Assembly (NCBI GenBank): GCA_030704615.1
Contig: CM060733.1
Span: 58,528,001-58,592,000 of the forward strand
Source of the DNA: Takakia lepidozioides
Taxonomy: Eukaryota; Plantae; Bryophyta
DNA length: 64,000 bases
Direction of reading: 5' to 3'
Within the stretch, counting starts at the first letter, position 1. Each line of letters opens with the position of its first letter. Positions 11,336-26,300 of the stretch are shown here, piece after piece. The notes under the pieces were generated by a model. That model ran no database searches and was not told where the DNA came from. It was given only the letters and a program-made list of their open reading frames with translations. The position numbers and the translations under genes were made by a program.

Positions 11336-14300
11336 ATGGCCTCCTCGGTGCCACTAGAAGGCATAGATGTGTGGGGGACTCGAACTTCGTTTGGGGGAAG
11401 TAGAAAGTCGTTCACAGGGAGCGCTTCCCGGGGCTGGGGAGTGGGGCCTGACAATGTGTTCGGCAGGCTCTCAGCGCAGTCTAGGGGGGACGATGTTGAT
11501 GATGAAGAAGCCCTGAAGTGGGCTGCCCTCGAGAAACTTCCCACATATGATCGGCTACGGACCACCATTCTCCAGAAATCCTTGGGGAGTAAAATCGTAC
11601 ATGAAGAAACTGATGTTCGGTTTATCGGGTTTGAAGAGCGCCAACAAATTATAGATAATCTTCTAAGGGTTACCGAGGAAGACAACGAGAGGTTCTTGAA
11701 GAAGCTCCGCAACCGGATTGACAGGTACTCACAAGTGTGGTGTTGAAAGTAAAGGGGACTTGGAGATAATGTACTTATTCCTCTCCATTGCATAAATTTA
11801 ATCCCCTTCCAGCAGATACACAAGCAACGTGGCAGGGAGTTGTGTTATCTGCAAAGGGAATTTGTTGTTTGCTCGAGGGCCTTGTGCAGTTCTCCTATCA
11901 ATTGAGATTTGAGGCAGAGTTTCATGCAGCGTTTCATGGTAGCAAAATCTTCCAAAGTCCTGGTGGTTTAAATGTCGCTACGATACTTTTTCTCGGGGAT
12001 GTAAACTCATGGACTGCTCGTTTTGAGATGTTGGCCTCAACTTCCTGTCTAGGGCTCTAGCTTGGTTAAAGCCACTGTAGCCGGACCTGGTCTCACACAC
12101 TAGAGTAGGAAACCTACCGAGAATTGCCAGATAATTTGGCTCAGTCAATCACGGTTCTTCTTGGGTTAACTGTGGAATCTATTGAGCACTGTATTGATTT
12201 CCAGGTTCGCTGATACAATTTCATGGGGGCATGATGAGAGGGAGAGCTATCGTTCATCTCTAATGTGGGGTAACTTTGTGTGTGGTTGTCAGGGTCGGTA
12301 TAGAGCTACCCACAATAGAGGTTAGGTATGAAAATCTGTCTATAGATGCCAACTGCTTTGTTGGGGGCAGGGCTCTGCCTACACTGCTGAACGTCACGAT
12401 TAATTTTGTTGAGGTATGATGACTATTTTATTGCTGACCTGATATGTTCTTGATCTTTCCAGTAATCCACAACACATGTGAGGCCAGTTTGTAGCAATGG
12501 AGAGTTAAGCACTCATCAAAATCGAAATCACCTTTCTAGGGTAGCATTCCACGTTTCATAATCAGCTGTTGTATCAGTGTGTCACCATAGTCACTACTGC
12601 CTGACAAGTTGACAAGTTTTTCTGTTTGCAGGGAATTCTTGACTCCATAGGTTTGGCTTTGAGCAAGAAAACAGTACTCAACATCTTGCACAATATCACT
12701 GGCGTCCTCAAACCTGCCAGGTGGGCATTGTCTCCACCCTTTTCTCCAAATTGCATTTCGGAGATCCTCTCTCTCTCTGTCTCTCTCTGTCTCTGCAGCA
12801 AATTACCCACTCTTGGCTCTAGACTGAAAGATTCATTGTCCTGGGAACTCTCACCGGAGAGACACCTTCTTCAAATCCATCAAGGGAATTGTTTCTGTAC
12901 CTCTGTTTACCAACTTTGAAAATCTCGAGGCTGAGCCAAAAGCCCAGACCTTTTGGGGTCTAGCCGGCGTCAGCCCTGAAAAAGGTAGTTGCTGTTCCGT
13001 TGTGTTCCCCTCAAACTGGGCGCGGGGTCGATGGCCACAAGGCTATGGCAAACAAGGTCTTATGAGTACATTCTCTGCAACTAATTGATCAGGTGGGAGC
13101 TAATAGAACTTCATGTTAGGCAGACTGGGAAACCAGTAAATCTTACAACAAAGCTGTTATTCTATGGGGAGACATTCTAGGTCCTCCGTGATGATAGAAT
13201 GTTACCGCCCAATCCTTTATCTGCATCTCTTCTAAGGGCATTGGGAAGGTTTAGAATGGGCTCACAGTCTGCAGATAGAGAGTGGTAGGTGGGACAACTA
13301 GAGCCTGCTGGCCGCTTGTACCCCGCTTGTGGTAGAGATGATAGAAGGGAGATTGAAACTGAAGAACATTCTTTCTTTCATTGCCCTCCCTCTCTACTAT
13401 GAGATCTGTGGGAGATATTATCTGCAGTATTCCTAAGAGGTGCGATGATTGTAATGACGATGACAATATCTGGTGGGGCATGCATGGATGTAACAATACC
13501 TATATGTTTTGCTTGGGGTTGTCTATTCATTTTACAGGATGACACTGCTGCTTGGCCCACCGAGTTCTGGGAAGACTAGTCTGCTACTAGCACTTGCTGG
13601 AAAGCTTGACAAAGACCTGAAAGTGAGAACCTCAACACTCCTCTTCGTTGTGTGCATGCTTCTACTAAAACACAAGCATGTCTTTTACTACTCTGGGGAC
13701 ACTAATTTAAAATGTGTTTGTCCATGTAGCTGAAGGCAGATGTCTTTTCAAGTTGGTGCTGACCCTGTTTGACTTTGGCTGGCAATGGTGTAGGTGAAAG
13801 GGAAGGTTACATACAATGGGCACACATTGGATGAGTTTGTGCCGCAGAAAACATCAGTGTACATCAGCCAGAATGATCTACATGTAGCTGAAATGACAGT
13901 TCGGGAGACCCTTGATTTCTCTGCAAGATGTCAAGGGGTTGGCAGTCGTTATGGTAAGTCCATCGCCCTGGTAACTATGCAGTCTTGTGAGTAACATCCT
14001 TAATCCTTGAAGCATCGCATATTCCCTTATCACCTTATTGTGAGGATGGGGCGCTCTTTTGGATGGGCCTTGTTCATTTGAAATCTTGTCTATGTCAGAA
14101 GTCAAAATGATCTTGCAAAATGGGTACAGTATGCTATCCATTACATTACATCATGGGGAAGCCCCAGCTATGAGGGAATGTTTCGAAGCTTATAAGGGCA
14201 GAAGACCCACATGGATACATCTTTGCTGGTCACTCAAACCCCTGGCACTGCCATTGACATTACTCTCTTTTGTGTGAATTGCAACCAAGACATCCATTTC

Positions 14301-17300
14301 CTGCCAAGATTGTTCAGCAGTTCGCAACATCTAGATTTAGGCGATTGCAAGATATTTGCAGCCAGGGGAGTTTGACACTCTTGGCCATCAAGATATGAGC
14401 TGATCTCATCCAAAGTGGCTCCTACAATGGTCATGTTTGCAACGTGTCTCATTTTCAGTTCTTTAGAAGCCTCCTTACATGGAGGAATATGTGATTGTGA
14501 AGTTTCTTTTAGGGATAATTGAGAGAGAGGAAGGGAGTTGAAATGTTCACCCTCAAATATTTGGAGGTAGATGTTCATGGGTGCCATACATGTATCCATT
14601 TTTTGGTTTGACACTGAAAGCGAACAAGTTCAGAGTGTTAAAAGGGATCTATAGACACCTAGTTTATGAACACATAAGGTGTCAAACCCTCTGTTCATCT
14701 CATTGATCTGTTGATCTGCAGAGATGCTTGTGGAGCTAGCCAAGCGAGAAAAGCAAGCTGGGATTTTTCCAGAGAAAGATGTAGATATTTTCATGAAGGT
14801 ATGAGAGCTTACTTCGGACCTTCCCTGCTAGTTGAAATTCCAAGGTCATGTGGAAATTATTTGTGGTCCCTGTTTTTCACATTATGGCTTATTTTATTAT
14901 GTCCTAGAAATGCATTGCCATCCCATGTTAGAGAGAGAGAAATGAAATGAAATGGTACTTTATGACGTCCTCGGTTTGGGTCGGGCAGGCCAAGGACGTA
15001 GTGCAATACCAAGCCAGACGTGTGCAGGCCCGGGCAGCCCGCACCCAAGAAAAGTTAGATTCATATCATGAGACTTGATGAGTCTCGTATGAGATATTAA
15101 ACTGTTTGGAACAAATACTACACTTGAGAGAGAGAAGATTCTGACGGGAGACAGTGTATATAATAGCAACTTCCCTTACCGGTACTGCCCCTGTACCCGC
15201 TCATCTCAAATCAAACGAACAAGTGACAGTGGAATGTGGCTGCAGGCAACCGCTGTAGAAGGAATGGAGAGCACCCTCGCAACCAACTACATTTTGAAAG
15301 TGAGTGATAGTCACCAGATTTGAGCTGAAGCATGTCATAGGATTGTTTCTGTACATTCCAAGCACCAGTCAAGGTTTGGGCAGTGTGTAGGCTTAAGAAT
15401 ATGCATTGTAGGCGTTGACATATTGAATCGCCAAAATGCACTGTATCCAAGTATGTCACCAGAGTGTATGTTGATACCACTGCAGAAGATGACCAGGGCC
15501 ATACCTTGATTTAACTCGTGATCTAGGAAATGTGTAAAATGCATTAAGCCATTGTTTAGGGGAGGCTGTAAAGGTGCCCAACCATTCGAGCCTCTGGATG
15601 GATTCACAAATGCAGTAGCCCATTATACTTCCTCGAGGTGGAGATGATGGTAAACTTCCTATTATCAATGGCTAAATAAACCTCATGGTGCAGATTCTTG
15701 GTCTGGATATATGCGCAAACACACTTGTTGGAGATGCCATGCACAGAGGAATCTCTGGAGGGCAGAAAAAACGTGTTACTACAGGTGTTGAGATCGCTCA
15801 TAAGTTCTGTTTTTATGTTTGAGATTCGTGAATACTGGCTGGTTGGCTTTGGGATGGTGGTAATACTATGACTTCCAGGAGCTTCTCATACATAACCCAA
15901 GTTGTAAGGGTATTTTACCTGCACTTGTGCATCCAAAACCACAATCCTTCTGGTGTGGATGAACACTGAAGTGTCCCTCAGGCACTTTCTCCTTCTCAGA
16001 CTCAGCCACGGGCAGATGTGTAGGAGGTCCTCCAACATTGTGGTTGAAATAGAAGGCGCAGAGAAAACCATGCCTCCAATAGATTTGTTTTTTATTAAGG
16101 GGTGTGTCATCTCGTTGCCTCTTATATTTGTACTGACATTGTCGGTGTTATTCTTATCCCTGGATCTCTCTGAAGGGGAAATGATAGTGGGGCCCACTAA
16201 GGCGATGTTCATGGACGAGATTTCCACGGGCCTGGACAGCTCAACCACGTTTCAGATCGTGAAGTGTCTGCGCCAGTTTTGTCATGTGATGGAAGCCACC
16301 ATTTTTATGTCACTGTTGCAGCCAGCTCCCGAGACTTTTGAACTGTTTGATGATGTAGTTCTGCTGTCAGAGGGTCAGGTTGTATACCATGGTCCTCGGG
16401 AGAACATCTTGGAGTTCTTTGAGGCTTGTGGGTTCAAGTGCCCTGATCGAAAGGGCATTGCTGACTTCTTACAGGAGGTGAGCACTGTCCACAACCATCT
16501 CACAAGGTTCTCATTTGCTTGATCTCTCCGTGTCTCTGTTTTTCTGTCTGTCTTTCTTAAAAGTACCATTTCATTTGTTTTTTCCCCGGGGAGACTCTCC
16601 CATCGCTCTGAAATCCATTTCTTTGATTTTTCTTTTGGGCTTTGTTTTGGCTCTGGTTTTGTTTCCTCTCTCGTGTTTTTTCCATTTTGTCCCATAAGCT
16701 CTTTGAGCATTCGGCGTACGTTATAAAGTACCATTTGATTTGATTTGATTGCCTCTTTGGGCTGCTTTCTCTCTTGAGACCAAATTACCTTTCAGCACCC
16801 TTATCTCCTTCCCTCTTGAGGGCATTGGGGCGGTTCAGGGTGGGTTCCCACAACCTACGGATAGAGACTGGCAGATGGGAAAACCTGCAACGGGAGGACC
16901 GCCTATGTCCAGCTTGCATAGGGCGCAGCAAGGAAATTGAAACTGAAGAACACTTCTTCTTCTACTGCCCTCTATACTATGAGATCCGTGGGAGATTCCA
17001 CTGTTTATTCAGTGGAACCCAAACTCTCACTGATGTCTTTCACTATGAGGATAAAAAATGCTTGGCAGCCTACCTACACGAGGCCTTCACCCTTAGACAA
17101 TCGCTAGAACTTTAATTGTGGTTTCTGGATTTGTTCCTCTCTCATGTTTTCTTCCATTTTGTCCCATAAGCTCTACGAGCTTTCCGCGGACGTTATAAAG
17201 CACCATTTCATTTCATTTCTCTTCATTGCGCTTCTCTTTCTCGTTTCATGCTTTCTCTTGTCCCATAAACTCTTTGAGCCTTCCGTTATACAGTTTCTTT

Positions 17301-20300
17301 CTTTCATTCTTTCTTGGTTTGTTGCTCCCACTTTGCAAATACCTGGCTTGAACATAAATTTCAGGGGTTTTCATCAGGATTCCTGATCACATGCCTTTCC
17401 CTAATCTCAAGGATGTTTCAAATACACTGCAGGTAACTTCACGGAAAGACCAAGAACAGTACTGGTCTGATAAGCGGCGACCCTACAGCTATGTGTCTGT
17501 GAAACAATTCACAGATCTATTCAAGACTTTCCATGTTGGCCAACGCATTTCAGAGGAGATAGTGGTGCCTTACGACAAAGAGCGAAGCCATAAGGCAGCA
17601 TTATCTTTTGAGAGATATGCTGTCAGTGGAAAGGAACTTTTCAATGCTAATTTTTCCAAACAATGGTTGCTGATGAAACGGAACTCATTCGTGTACATCT
17701 TCAAGACAGTACAGGTCTGTGGTTATTCCTATTAGCTGGGGTAGTGAAGGCAGATGAGAGAGGGAGGCAAATCTTTGTGGATCTTTTTTTCCTTGTTATT
17801 GTAAATAGTAATTTCACTTATTGAAGCTACGACAGTGATTTCTGTTTAAAGTCATGGATTGAAGAAGCTCAATTAAAATTACTGCTCTTCATAAGATTTA
17901 TTCTTATCTGGCCATAGATCATCCGCTCTATTATCAAACTTTGCTCTATTATGACCCCTAAATGCACTTCCTTGTGAAGCCGTAATGCTATTGCAGAATG
18001 TTCTTTTTGCCATGGCCCCATTGAGTCGATAAAGCTGACATTGCCTTTTTGTTCATGTAAAGTCGGGTGGCTGCCACTCCAAACCTCATCAAGCCAGTAG
18101 GAATTATGTTTCTGACAAAAACGTGGGAGCTTTCAAAAGGCTCTTGGCAAGGCTGTCAATTCTTTTGGTCTTTGTTTTGCTCTGGATACTATAAACATTT
18201 TCATACCCAGGGCTTATGACGTGGTAGTGTGTGATGGGTGCAGATGGGGATTGTGGCCTTGATTACCATGTCTGTCTTCTTTCGCACAACTCTGCATCAC
18301 AGAAGTCAGTCTGATGGGCAAACCTACTTAGGGGCTATCTTCTTTGGTGTCCTGTCAATCATGTTCAATGGGTACGCCGAGCTGTCCATGACAATTTTCC
18401 GACTTCCTGTTTTCTACAAACAGCGGGACCTTCTTTTTTACCCGGCATGGACATATGCGCTGCCAAGTCTGGTGTTGAGTATCCCCTCCTCAATAGCTGA
18501 AGTGGGAATGTTCACCATCATCACTTACTATACCATAGGCTTCAGCCCTGCGCCTAGCAGGTAAGCAGTGTTTACTAAATAATTCCCGTGTTGGTTCTCC
18601 ATTATGACACTTGCAAGTACCAGGGTGCTTGGTTGGAAAAGAAACTCTACCTTTACTTCCATGCATGTCAAAACGTTTTTAGTCAAATACTGCACTCTAT
18701 ATTTTGAAGTCTTACCAGCCACTAACCTGATGTTGTCACAAATGTCTGTTGCAGGTTCTTTCGTTTTTTTTTCCTGTTACTTTTGGTTCACCAGATGTCC
18801 TCAGCAATGTTCCGTTTAATTGCGGGGCTCTGCCGGACAATGGTGGTATCTAATACAGGTGGAACTTTTGCACTTCTTATCGTCTTCATGCTTGGAGGGT
18901 TCATTATTCCTCGACCTCAAATTAAGCCGTGGTGGATTTGGGGTTATTGGATATCACCTCTTTCGTATACCGAAACTGCTATCACTGTCAATGAGTTTCT
19001 CTCACCACAATGGTCGCCCAAGGTGTGATTTACAAGAATTCTCTAATCTAGACAGCTGAAGCATCCTATCAGACTGCCATATCTATCCTCTGATTCCTGT
19101 TGGATATATTCTTCACCTGGTTGTCCCTGTCTCTTGCTTTACCTCCTTTGATTTGTTGATCTTCCTCTCTCCGCAGCTCCCTTCAAATATTTGTGAATTA
19201 TCACCTGTCATTTTGGTGAAAGCTCTTGAATAGTAAAGGCACAGGACGACTAACATTGTTTTGTTTCCTTGCTCATCAATGGCTGACAAGGCAAGTGGGT
19301 CCATGCCTACATTATCAGATCTGGGTGTGAGTCAGATGTCTATGTCGGGAGTGCCCTCATTGATATGTATAATAGTCAGTGAGTCACATGGTTGAGTTGT
19401 TCCCTGCTGAAGCAGATGACTCCATGGGTCCATTGATGAGCAAGGAAAGAACCGATTGATGGATGAGTGAATAAATAGTACTGGTTGATACTGAATTAGG
19501 GGACTTATTTCATACTTAGTTTATCGGTGGTTGGCTTCTTTATTAGTACCAGGACCTGCTGAAAGAATGGGAGAGTAAGGGGTCTTTGTGCTCAAGCGAA
19601 TATGAGAATGTGACCAATAATGTCATGTTGTGGGCTTTCAGGATAATCCAGGTCTTGGGAAGAAGATTTTACAGAATAGTGGAATTTTCCCACATTCTTA
19701 TTTGTACTGGGTTGGTGTGGCAGCCTTGATAGGCTATATTGTGTTATTTAACACATGCTACGTTCTGGCCCTCACCTACTTAAACCGTAAGTTCCTTTTG
19801 TTTTGAAAAACTTCTGAGTCATTTCTTTCATAGTTCTCCATGGGTGGATAGAATGATTAAACTTTCAAAGGACTTTTGATGAGTTGGAGTTGTGGTTTGA
19901 AACGGTCTGAATGCAATGACCTTCCTACTACTCTCAATATTTTGCAGTCTGATTAGTTGATGAATTTGTAGTATCTGGCTTTCATGACTTGTGTGGTATG
20001 TTGACCTTTTATTGGGACCATACGCGAGGGATGGAACAGCATTGGGGAAGCCAGCAGCTGTCATATCTGAGGAAGCCCTAGCAGAAAAGAATGCCAATCA
20101 GACAGGGGAGGAAGTTCCACTCTCAGTACGACAAAAGTCTCGAAAATCTCTGTCAGCCAGTGTTGATGGTAGATCTCTGCCAACCATTTTGCTACCAACT
20201 GCAGATATATTGCTGATCTGTGTCTCTCCTTTTTCTGTTTGAGGAATGGAATTAAACTTGACCCCAATCATGGCCTTGGCTGAGAAACTCTCAGTGACGG

Positions 20301-23300
20301 GATATAGGCCTCTGTGCCTTGTCTGGACGAAATTAATGTTTCTCTTCTCTCTTGTTGTTATTCCCTCTTATCTTTCCTGCCGTTCTCTCTTTTTGTTGTG
20401 CCTCCTGTGTCATAATAATTTTTCCTTCTTTTCCTAAACCTTAGGTAGGGGGAAGCCAAGCCAGTGTCAACAAGATCACTGTTGCAGTTTTCCCTTGTCT
20501 CAAACAATAAAGGCCATGTTGACAGTGATCATCATTGGTTCTGGAGAGTGGAAGAGATCAGGAATTAAAGTACCCTGGAAGGCAGATGGGTGGCTCGCAT
20601 TTGAAAGGTTGTCAAAATGGACACGAAGATGTAATTTCTGGTTAAATTTTCCAAGTGCACGGGAATCCACTTGCAGCGAAAAGATCTGCCTTATTCCCGG
20701 ACCTTCGAGGAACCTCACTTTTGCAGTAATGGACACTGAACTTCAATTGATGGAATTATCTTGCTTGAGACTGCTTGGAAACCTCGATGGATTGAAAGTT
20801 TCTACTGGTGCTTCCCCTGAATTAAGTACAATGAACTCCTTTTGCTGTGAGTTTGTGAGCATATGATTGATAACTAAGTAAGACTTTCCATGGACATGGT
20901 TTTCATTTCATAGGTCTTGCTGAGACATTGGGCTTCTTGTAATGCAGGAAGCACACCACCTGGTAACATTGTAACCCGAATGTCAGGAACTTCTGATAAT
21001 GGCGAAGTCCAGATGCAGGAGCGAGCGAGTAGTGTGTCGTTGGCAAGTGATGCATCTGAAGCAGTAGGTATGGCAGCACCAAAGAGGGGCATGATTCTAC
21101 CATTCCAGCCCTTGAGCATCTCCTTCGATGACATCAAGTACTATGTTGACATGCCTCAGGTATGCTCTTTGAATACCATAACTAACAAGTTACCTTCACA
21201 AGGTGCTCTGTGTCTTCATGCAGCAATTTAGTTCCCTATGCGGTGGCTCATCCCGCAGAGCCCTATCCGGAAGTCCTCCGCCATGATAGAGTCTGCTAAT
21301 CAGATCTATCTCCCTCTCTCCTAAGGCTATCGGGGAGGTTTGGATGGGCTCCCAGTGTCTGTGGATTAGTGTGTGGATAGAAACGGTAGGTGGGTGGTAC
21401 CTGGCTTGTGCTGGGAGTAACAGGAGAAAAATCGAACGTGAAGAACATTTCTTCTTCCACTGCCCTTTCCCCTCTCTCTTTTGATTCAAGCTTTCTCATG
21501 TCCACTTCTCCCAATTTTTTTCCTCTCTGTGCTTCTTCCTGTGTTTGTTTGTAAATCCTACGACTAGCATAGTCTTCTGTAATGTCAACAGTCCCCAATT
21601 TAGACTCAGAGCCCAGTGTTTGGTTGTGTGTCACTCTGATTGATTGTCTTGCAGCCCATTTGCAAGCATATTGTGTATCCAAAGGCAGCTTAATTCATTG
21701 AGATGGATACTTTTCTGTTGTTGTATTCTTCCATTTACCAGTAAGACCTAAATGGGGGAACCATGCATTGCTTTCTCTCATTTCTCCAGGAGATGAAGAT
21801 CCAGGGGGTGGGAGAAGATAGACTTCAACTTCTATGCGGAGTAACTGGAGCATTCAGGCCAGGTATCCTTACTGCATTGGTGGGAGTGAGTGGAGCTGGA
21901 AAGACAACCCTTATGGATGTGCTTGCTGGACGAAAAACTGGTGGCTACATTGAGGGGGACATCCATATCTCTGGGTACCCCAAGAAACAAGAGACATTCG
22001 CCCGGATCGCAGGTTACTGTGAACAAAATGATATTCACTCCCCGCAGGTCACTGTGAGAGAGTCTGTCATTTTTTCAGCTTGGCTACGTCTCCCTGCTGA
22101 GATCAACAAGGAAACTCGAGAGGTATGCTACTTGCTGTTTCTGGCATGTATATGATATTCTTACGATAATCCCATGTTAATGTATGACATGCTTGTGGCT
22201 GTGTCTAAATCCTGCTGTCTGTGTCTTTTGGCCTGACCCTGCAGCAATTTGTGGATGAAGTGATGGACCTAGTGGAGCTTGCACCATTGGCAGACGCACT
22301 GGTTGGTCTGCCAGGGGTCAGTGGGCTGTCCACAGAGCAGCGTAAGCGTCTAACTATTGCAGTGGAGCTCGTGGCTAACCCATCAATTATATTCATGGAT
22401 GAACCAACCAGTGGACTGGATGCCCGGGCTGCTGCCATTGTGATGCGTACTGTACGCAACACTGTGGACACTGGCCGCACTGTTGTTTGCACCATCCATC
22501 AACCCAGCATCGATATCTTTGAAGCCTTTGATGAGGTGCTCCTTCTTTACTCTCTCCGGGTTCAGCAGCATACCTGCATGGGGCACTCCCTACATGAACC
22601 TCTCCATCTCTGGTTTGTTGAATAGTCGTTGCTTTTGGGCTGCTTGTTGAGGGCCTCATTTCTTTCTTCCTTGAGCAGTAGTTGCTTTTGGGCTGCTTCT
22701 GTCTCCCTCTGTGTGTTTCTCTTTCTAAACTACCATTTCATTTCATTTCTTGTTTCTTGTTTCTTGTTTTCCTTTTGTCCCATAAGCTCTTTGAGTTATG
22801 GACATTATGCAGTACCATTTCATTTCATTTCATTTCTCGTTTCTTTCTTTTTCTGTGCTGTACACTCTTTCAGCTTCCCATGGACAGCATAAAATTCCTG
22901 GAATCGTCTGTCCTTCAAGGAATGATTGGGGCTAGAGGTACAACACTAACACAGATTTGATGTGCGGAATTTGCATGTGTACCACTTTAGACCGAGGCCA
23001 TCTTCAGGCTTACAATCTTTCTTACGAGGTTGCAAGCCCTACCACGCAAACAGCCCAAACAGCCCAGGCCCTTGCAACCTCTATCACACTCTAAAACACT
23101 TGTTTCAAGACTTCCTGGTATATGCTCAGGTCTCAAACTTTTTTGAGCACCACTGACTCTCCATTGCTTCACTACTGCCACAAAATACGGAGGGGGTTGA
23201 AATTTCGTCCAAGCAGGACTGCAACAGATGAATCAGTTATGGAACTTCATGTCAGGCAAACATGGAAACCAGCCAATCTTACAACAAAACTGCAGTTCTA

Positions 23301-26300
23301 TTGGTAGACATTCTTGGTCCTCCATGACAGTAGAATCCTGTGGTGCTATTACCTGTCTGCAGCTCTATCTCCCTCTCTTCTAAGGGCATTGGGGATGTTT
23401 AGCATGGGCTCCCACAGTCCGGGGATAGAGACTGGTAGGTGGGACAACATGCAGCATGAGGACTTCATGTGGCCCCTGCTCGTGCCGAGGAAAATAGGTG
23501 GGAAATTGAAAGTGAAGAACATTCTTTCGCGGTCCTTTCTACTATGAGATCCATGGGAGATTCTATTGTCAATTCCAAGATTGCCAATTTTCACAGAGGT
23601 ATTCCATTAGTAGTAGCAGAAATGCTCAGCAGCATATCTGCAGGAGGTCTCGACGTTTAGACAATTTGGGCTGCTTGTTGGGGGGGGGGGGCGCTCTCTC
23701 TTTCTTGTTTCATGCTTTCTCTTGTTCCATAATCTCTTTGAGCTTTCTGCAGACTCTGTAACATACCATTTCATTTCATTTCATTTCTTTCTTGAGACCA
23801 AATTACCTTTCAGCACCCTTATCTCCTTCCCTCTTGAGGGCATTGGGGCGGTTCAGGGTGGGTTCCCACAACCTACGGATAGAGACTGGCAGATGGGAAA
23901 ACCTGCAACGGGAGGACCGTCTATGTCCAGCTTGCATAGGGCGCAACAAGGAAATTGAAACTGAAGAACACTTCTTCTTCTACTGCCCTCTATACTACGA
24001 GATCCGTGGGAGATTCCACTGTTTATTCAGTGGAACCCAAACTCTCACTGATGTCTTTCACTATGAGGATCAAAAATGCTTGGCAGCCTACCTACACGAG
24101 GCCTTCACCCTTAGACAATCGCTAGAACTTTAATTGTGGTTTCTGGATTTGTTCCTCCCTCATGTTTTCTTCCATTTTGTCCCATAAGCTCTATGAGCTT
24201 TCCGCGGACGTTATAAAGCACCATTTCATTTCATTTCATTTCTTTCCGGGACAGCCGATTCCCAGTGAGGTCGTTTGATTACGAGGACCAGGAATGCTTG
24301 GCAGCAGGCCTACAGTAGACTGAATAGTTTTTTGGCCGCTTGTTGAGGGTCCCACATCTCTTCTTGTATCTTGCATAGCCATTTGTACCACAAGCTCTTG
24401 TGAGCTCCCTGTAGATACTATAAAGTTCATTCCTTTCCTTGTGTTATTTCTTTCTCTGAGAATATTTAGGATTTGTCTGATATGCCCTTTTGGTTTTTCT
24501 CAGGTTTTGTATAATGTGTTCCAACCATGGACATAATCAGTTTCCTTTCTTCTCTTTTTCTTCCCGTCAAGCATACTTAGACAGGTCTGTCTGGTCATGG
24601 AAATAGCAATTCACAGCTGCCACCACCAGAATGTCTGTCCTAACTTCCAAATTGTTCTGTATGTTTGACTTTTGGGCCATGGCAGATGTTGCTGATGAAG
24701 CGTGGAGGGCAAGTGATATACATGGGGCCTTTGGGAAGGCACTCTCATAGGCTTATTGAGTATTTCGAGGTAATGGAAATGAAAGGAGAATGAGGGAGAC
24801 TTGCAGAGTTGCAACACCCTTGTCTTTTCAGCTGCCCCCTTCATATTGAGTAGGAAGGTTTGATGGAGGGTTGATTTGTTCCGTTAGAAAGTTAGTTACA
24901 CTAAACGGTGTTTTCTTCCTACAGGCGGTTCCCGGAGTACCAAAGATCAAGGAGGCATACAATCCTGCCACATGGATGCTGGAAGTTAGCAATGTCTCCG
25001 TAGAGAGTGAGCTTGGCGTGGATTTTGCACAAATTTACAAGCAGTCTTCCCTATTTCAGTGAGTGGACCCACTTCTTTGACATGTTTGGAGCTGTAGAGA
25101 AAATTCACATTGAGTTCTAGTTTTCCACTATTGCTACAACTATATTTAGCCCCTTCCTCCACAGGGCCAGGATAAAAGTGGAGACCTTCCCACGCCGCCC
25201 ATGCAGATTGGTGGTTTAATGAGGGCTGATGATGTTGTGGCAGGCGAAACAAGGATCTGGTCAAGGAGTTAAGCATTCCTGCCCCAGGGTCTGAAGACCT
25301 GTATTTCCCAAGGCAATACTCCCAATCTTTTCTGACCCAAGTAACAGCGTGCCTCTGGAAGCAATACTGGACATATTGGCGAAGCCCTGACTACAACTGT
25401 GTCCGATATGCTTTCACATTTGTTTCAGCTATCCTCTTTGGCACAATCTTCTGGAACCTTGGCAAAAAGACGTAAGTGACCAAACCAATTCTGGGTAATA
25501 GGGGCAGATAAAAGTGTGACAACTCTTGTTCTAGTGTTGGTCCATTCTCTTTAGCATGGAGAGGTGGGAAAAGATTTATGCCTGTGGATGTCTTGGGGAA
25601 TTGATCTTGCCATCTCTGAATGCTTGCAGAGGTGTCCAGTCAAACCTATTTAGTGTCATGGGATCTATGTATGGCGCCACGCTGTTCATTGGGGTCAACA
25701 ATTCGTCCACCGTCCAGCCAGTGGTTGCTATCGAACGTACAATTTTCTACAGAGAGAGGGCTGCAGGGATGTATTCAGCTATTCCTTACGCTATTGCTCA
25801 GGTATTATCCTTTTGAATCATGTCAACCTTCGATAACTGCGTACCATCTCTGGTTTACAGGCAGACACTTTGCCTTCTTCGACTAGCAGTGCCGGCATAC
25901 TCATGTCTTGATAAGCCAGAACACCCATCCCAATTGTCATTTGATATATGAGATGTAATGGTTATTTTAGGTTCAGTTTCAAATGCCTACAACCAGCATG
26001 GGTTAGTTATTCTCCTGTGAGGATTAGGCATTCAGCATTACATCGTAGCCAGTAGACAGTGGTTGGGGTGTACAAATATCTCTTTTAAGTCGCCCTCTCT
26101 GACCCTCTGCCACCCCTAAGAGCATGTTTGTTGTCCTGCCAATGTATTAATCAGACTTTGTGGTGGGTTTTTGCAGGTTTTGATTGAAATACCTTATTGC
26201 CTAGGACAAACAGTGATATATGCATTGATAACATACTCAATGATAAACTATGAGTGGAGTGCTTCCAAGTTCTTATGGTACATCTTCATAATGTACTTCA

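Noticed and set aside
16774-17115. 113-aa ORF as a duplicated nested host gene
   Set aside because: It starts at TTG, is the C-terminus of a non-LTR ORF and is followed by a retroposon tail.
20495-20866. Extra ABCG exon
   Set aside because: Exons 14 and 15 join in phase without it and the translation shows no PDR similarity.
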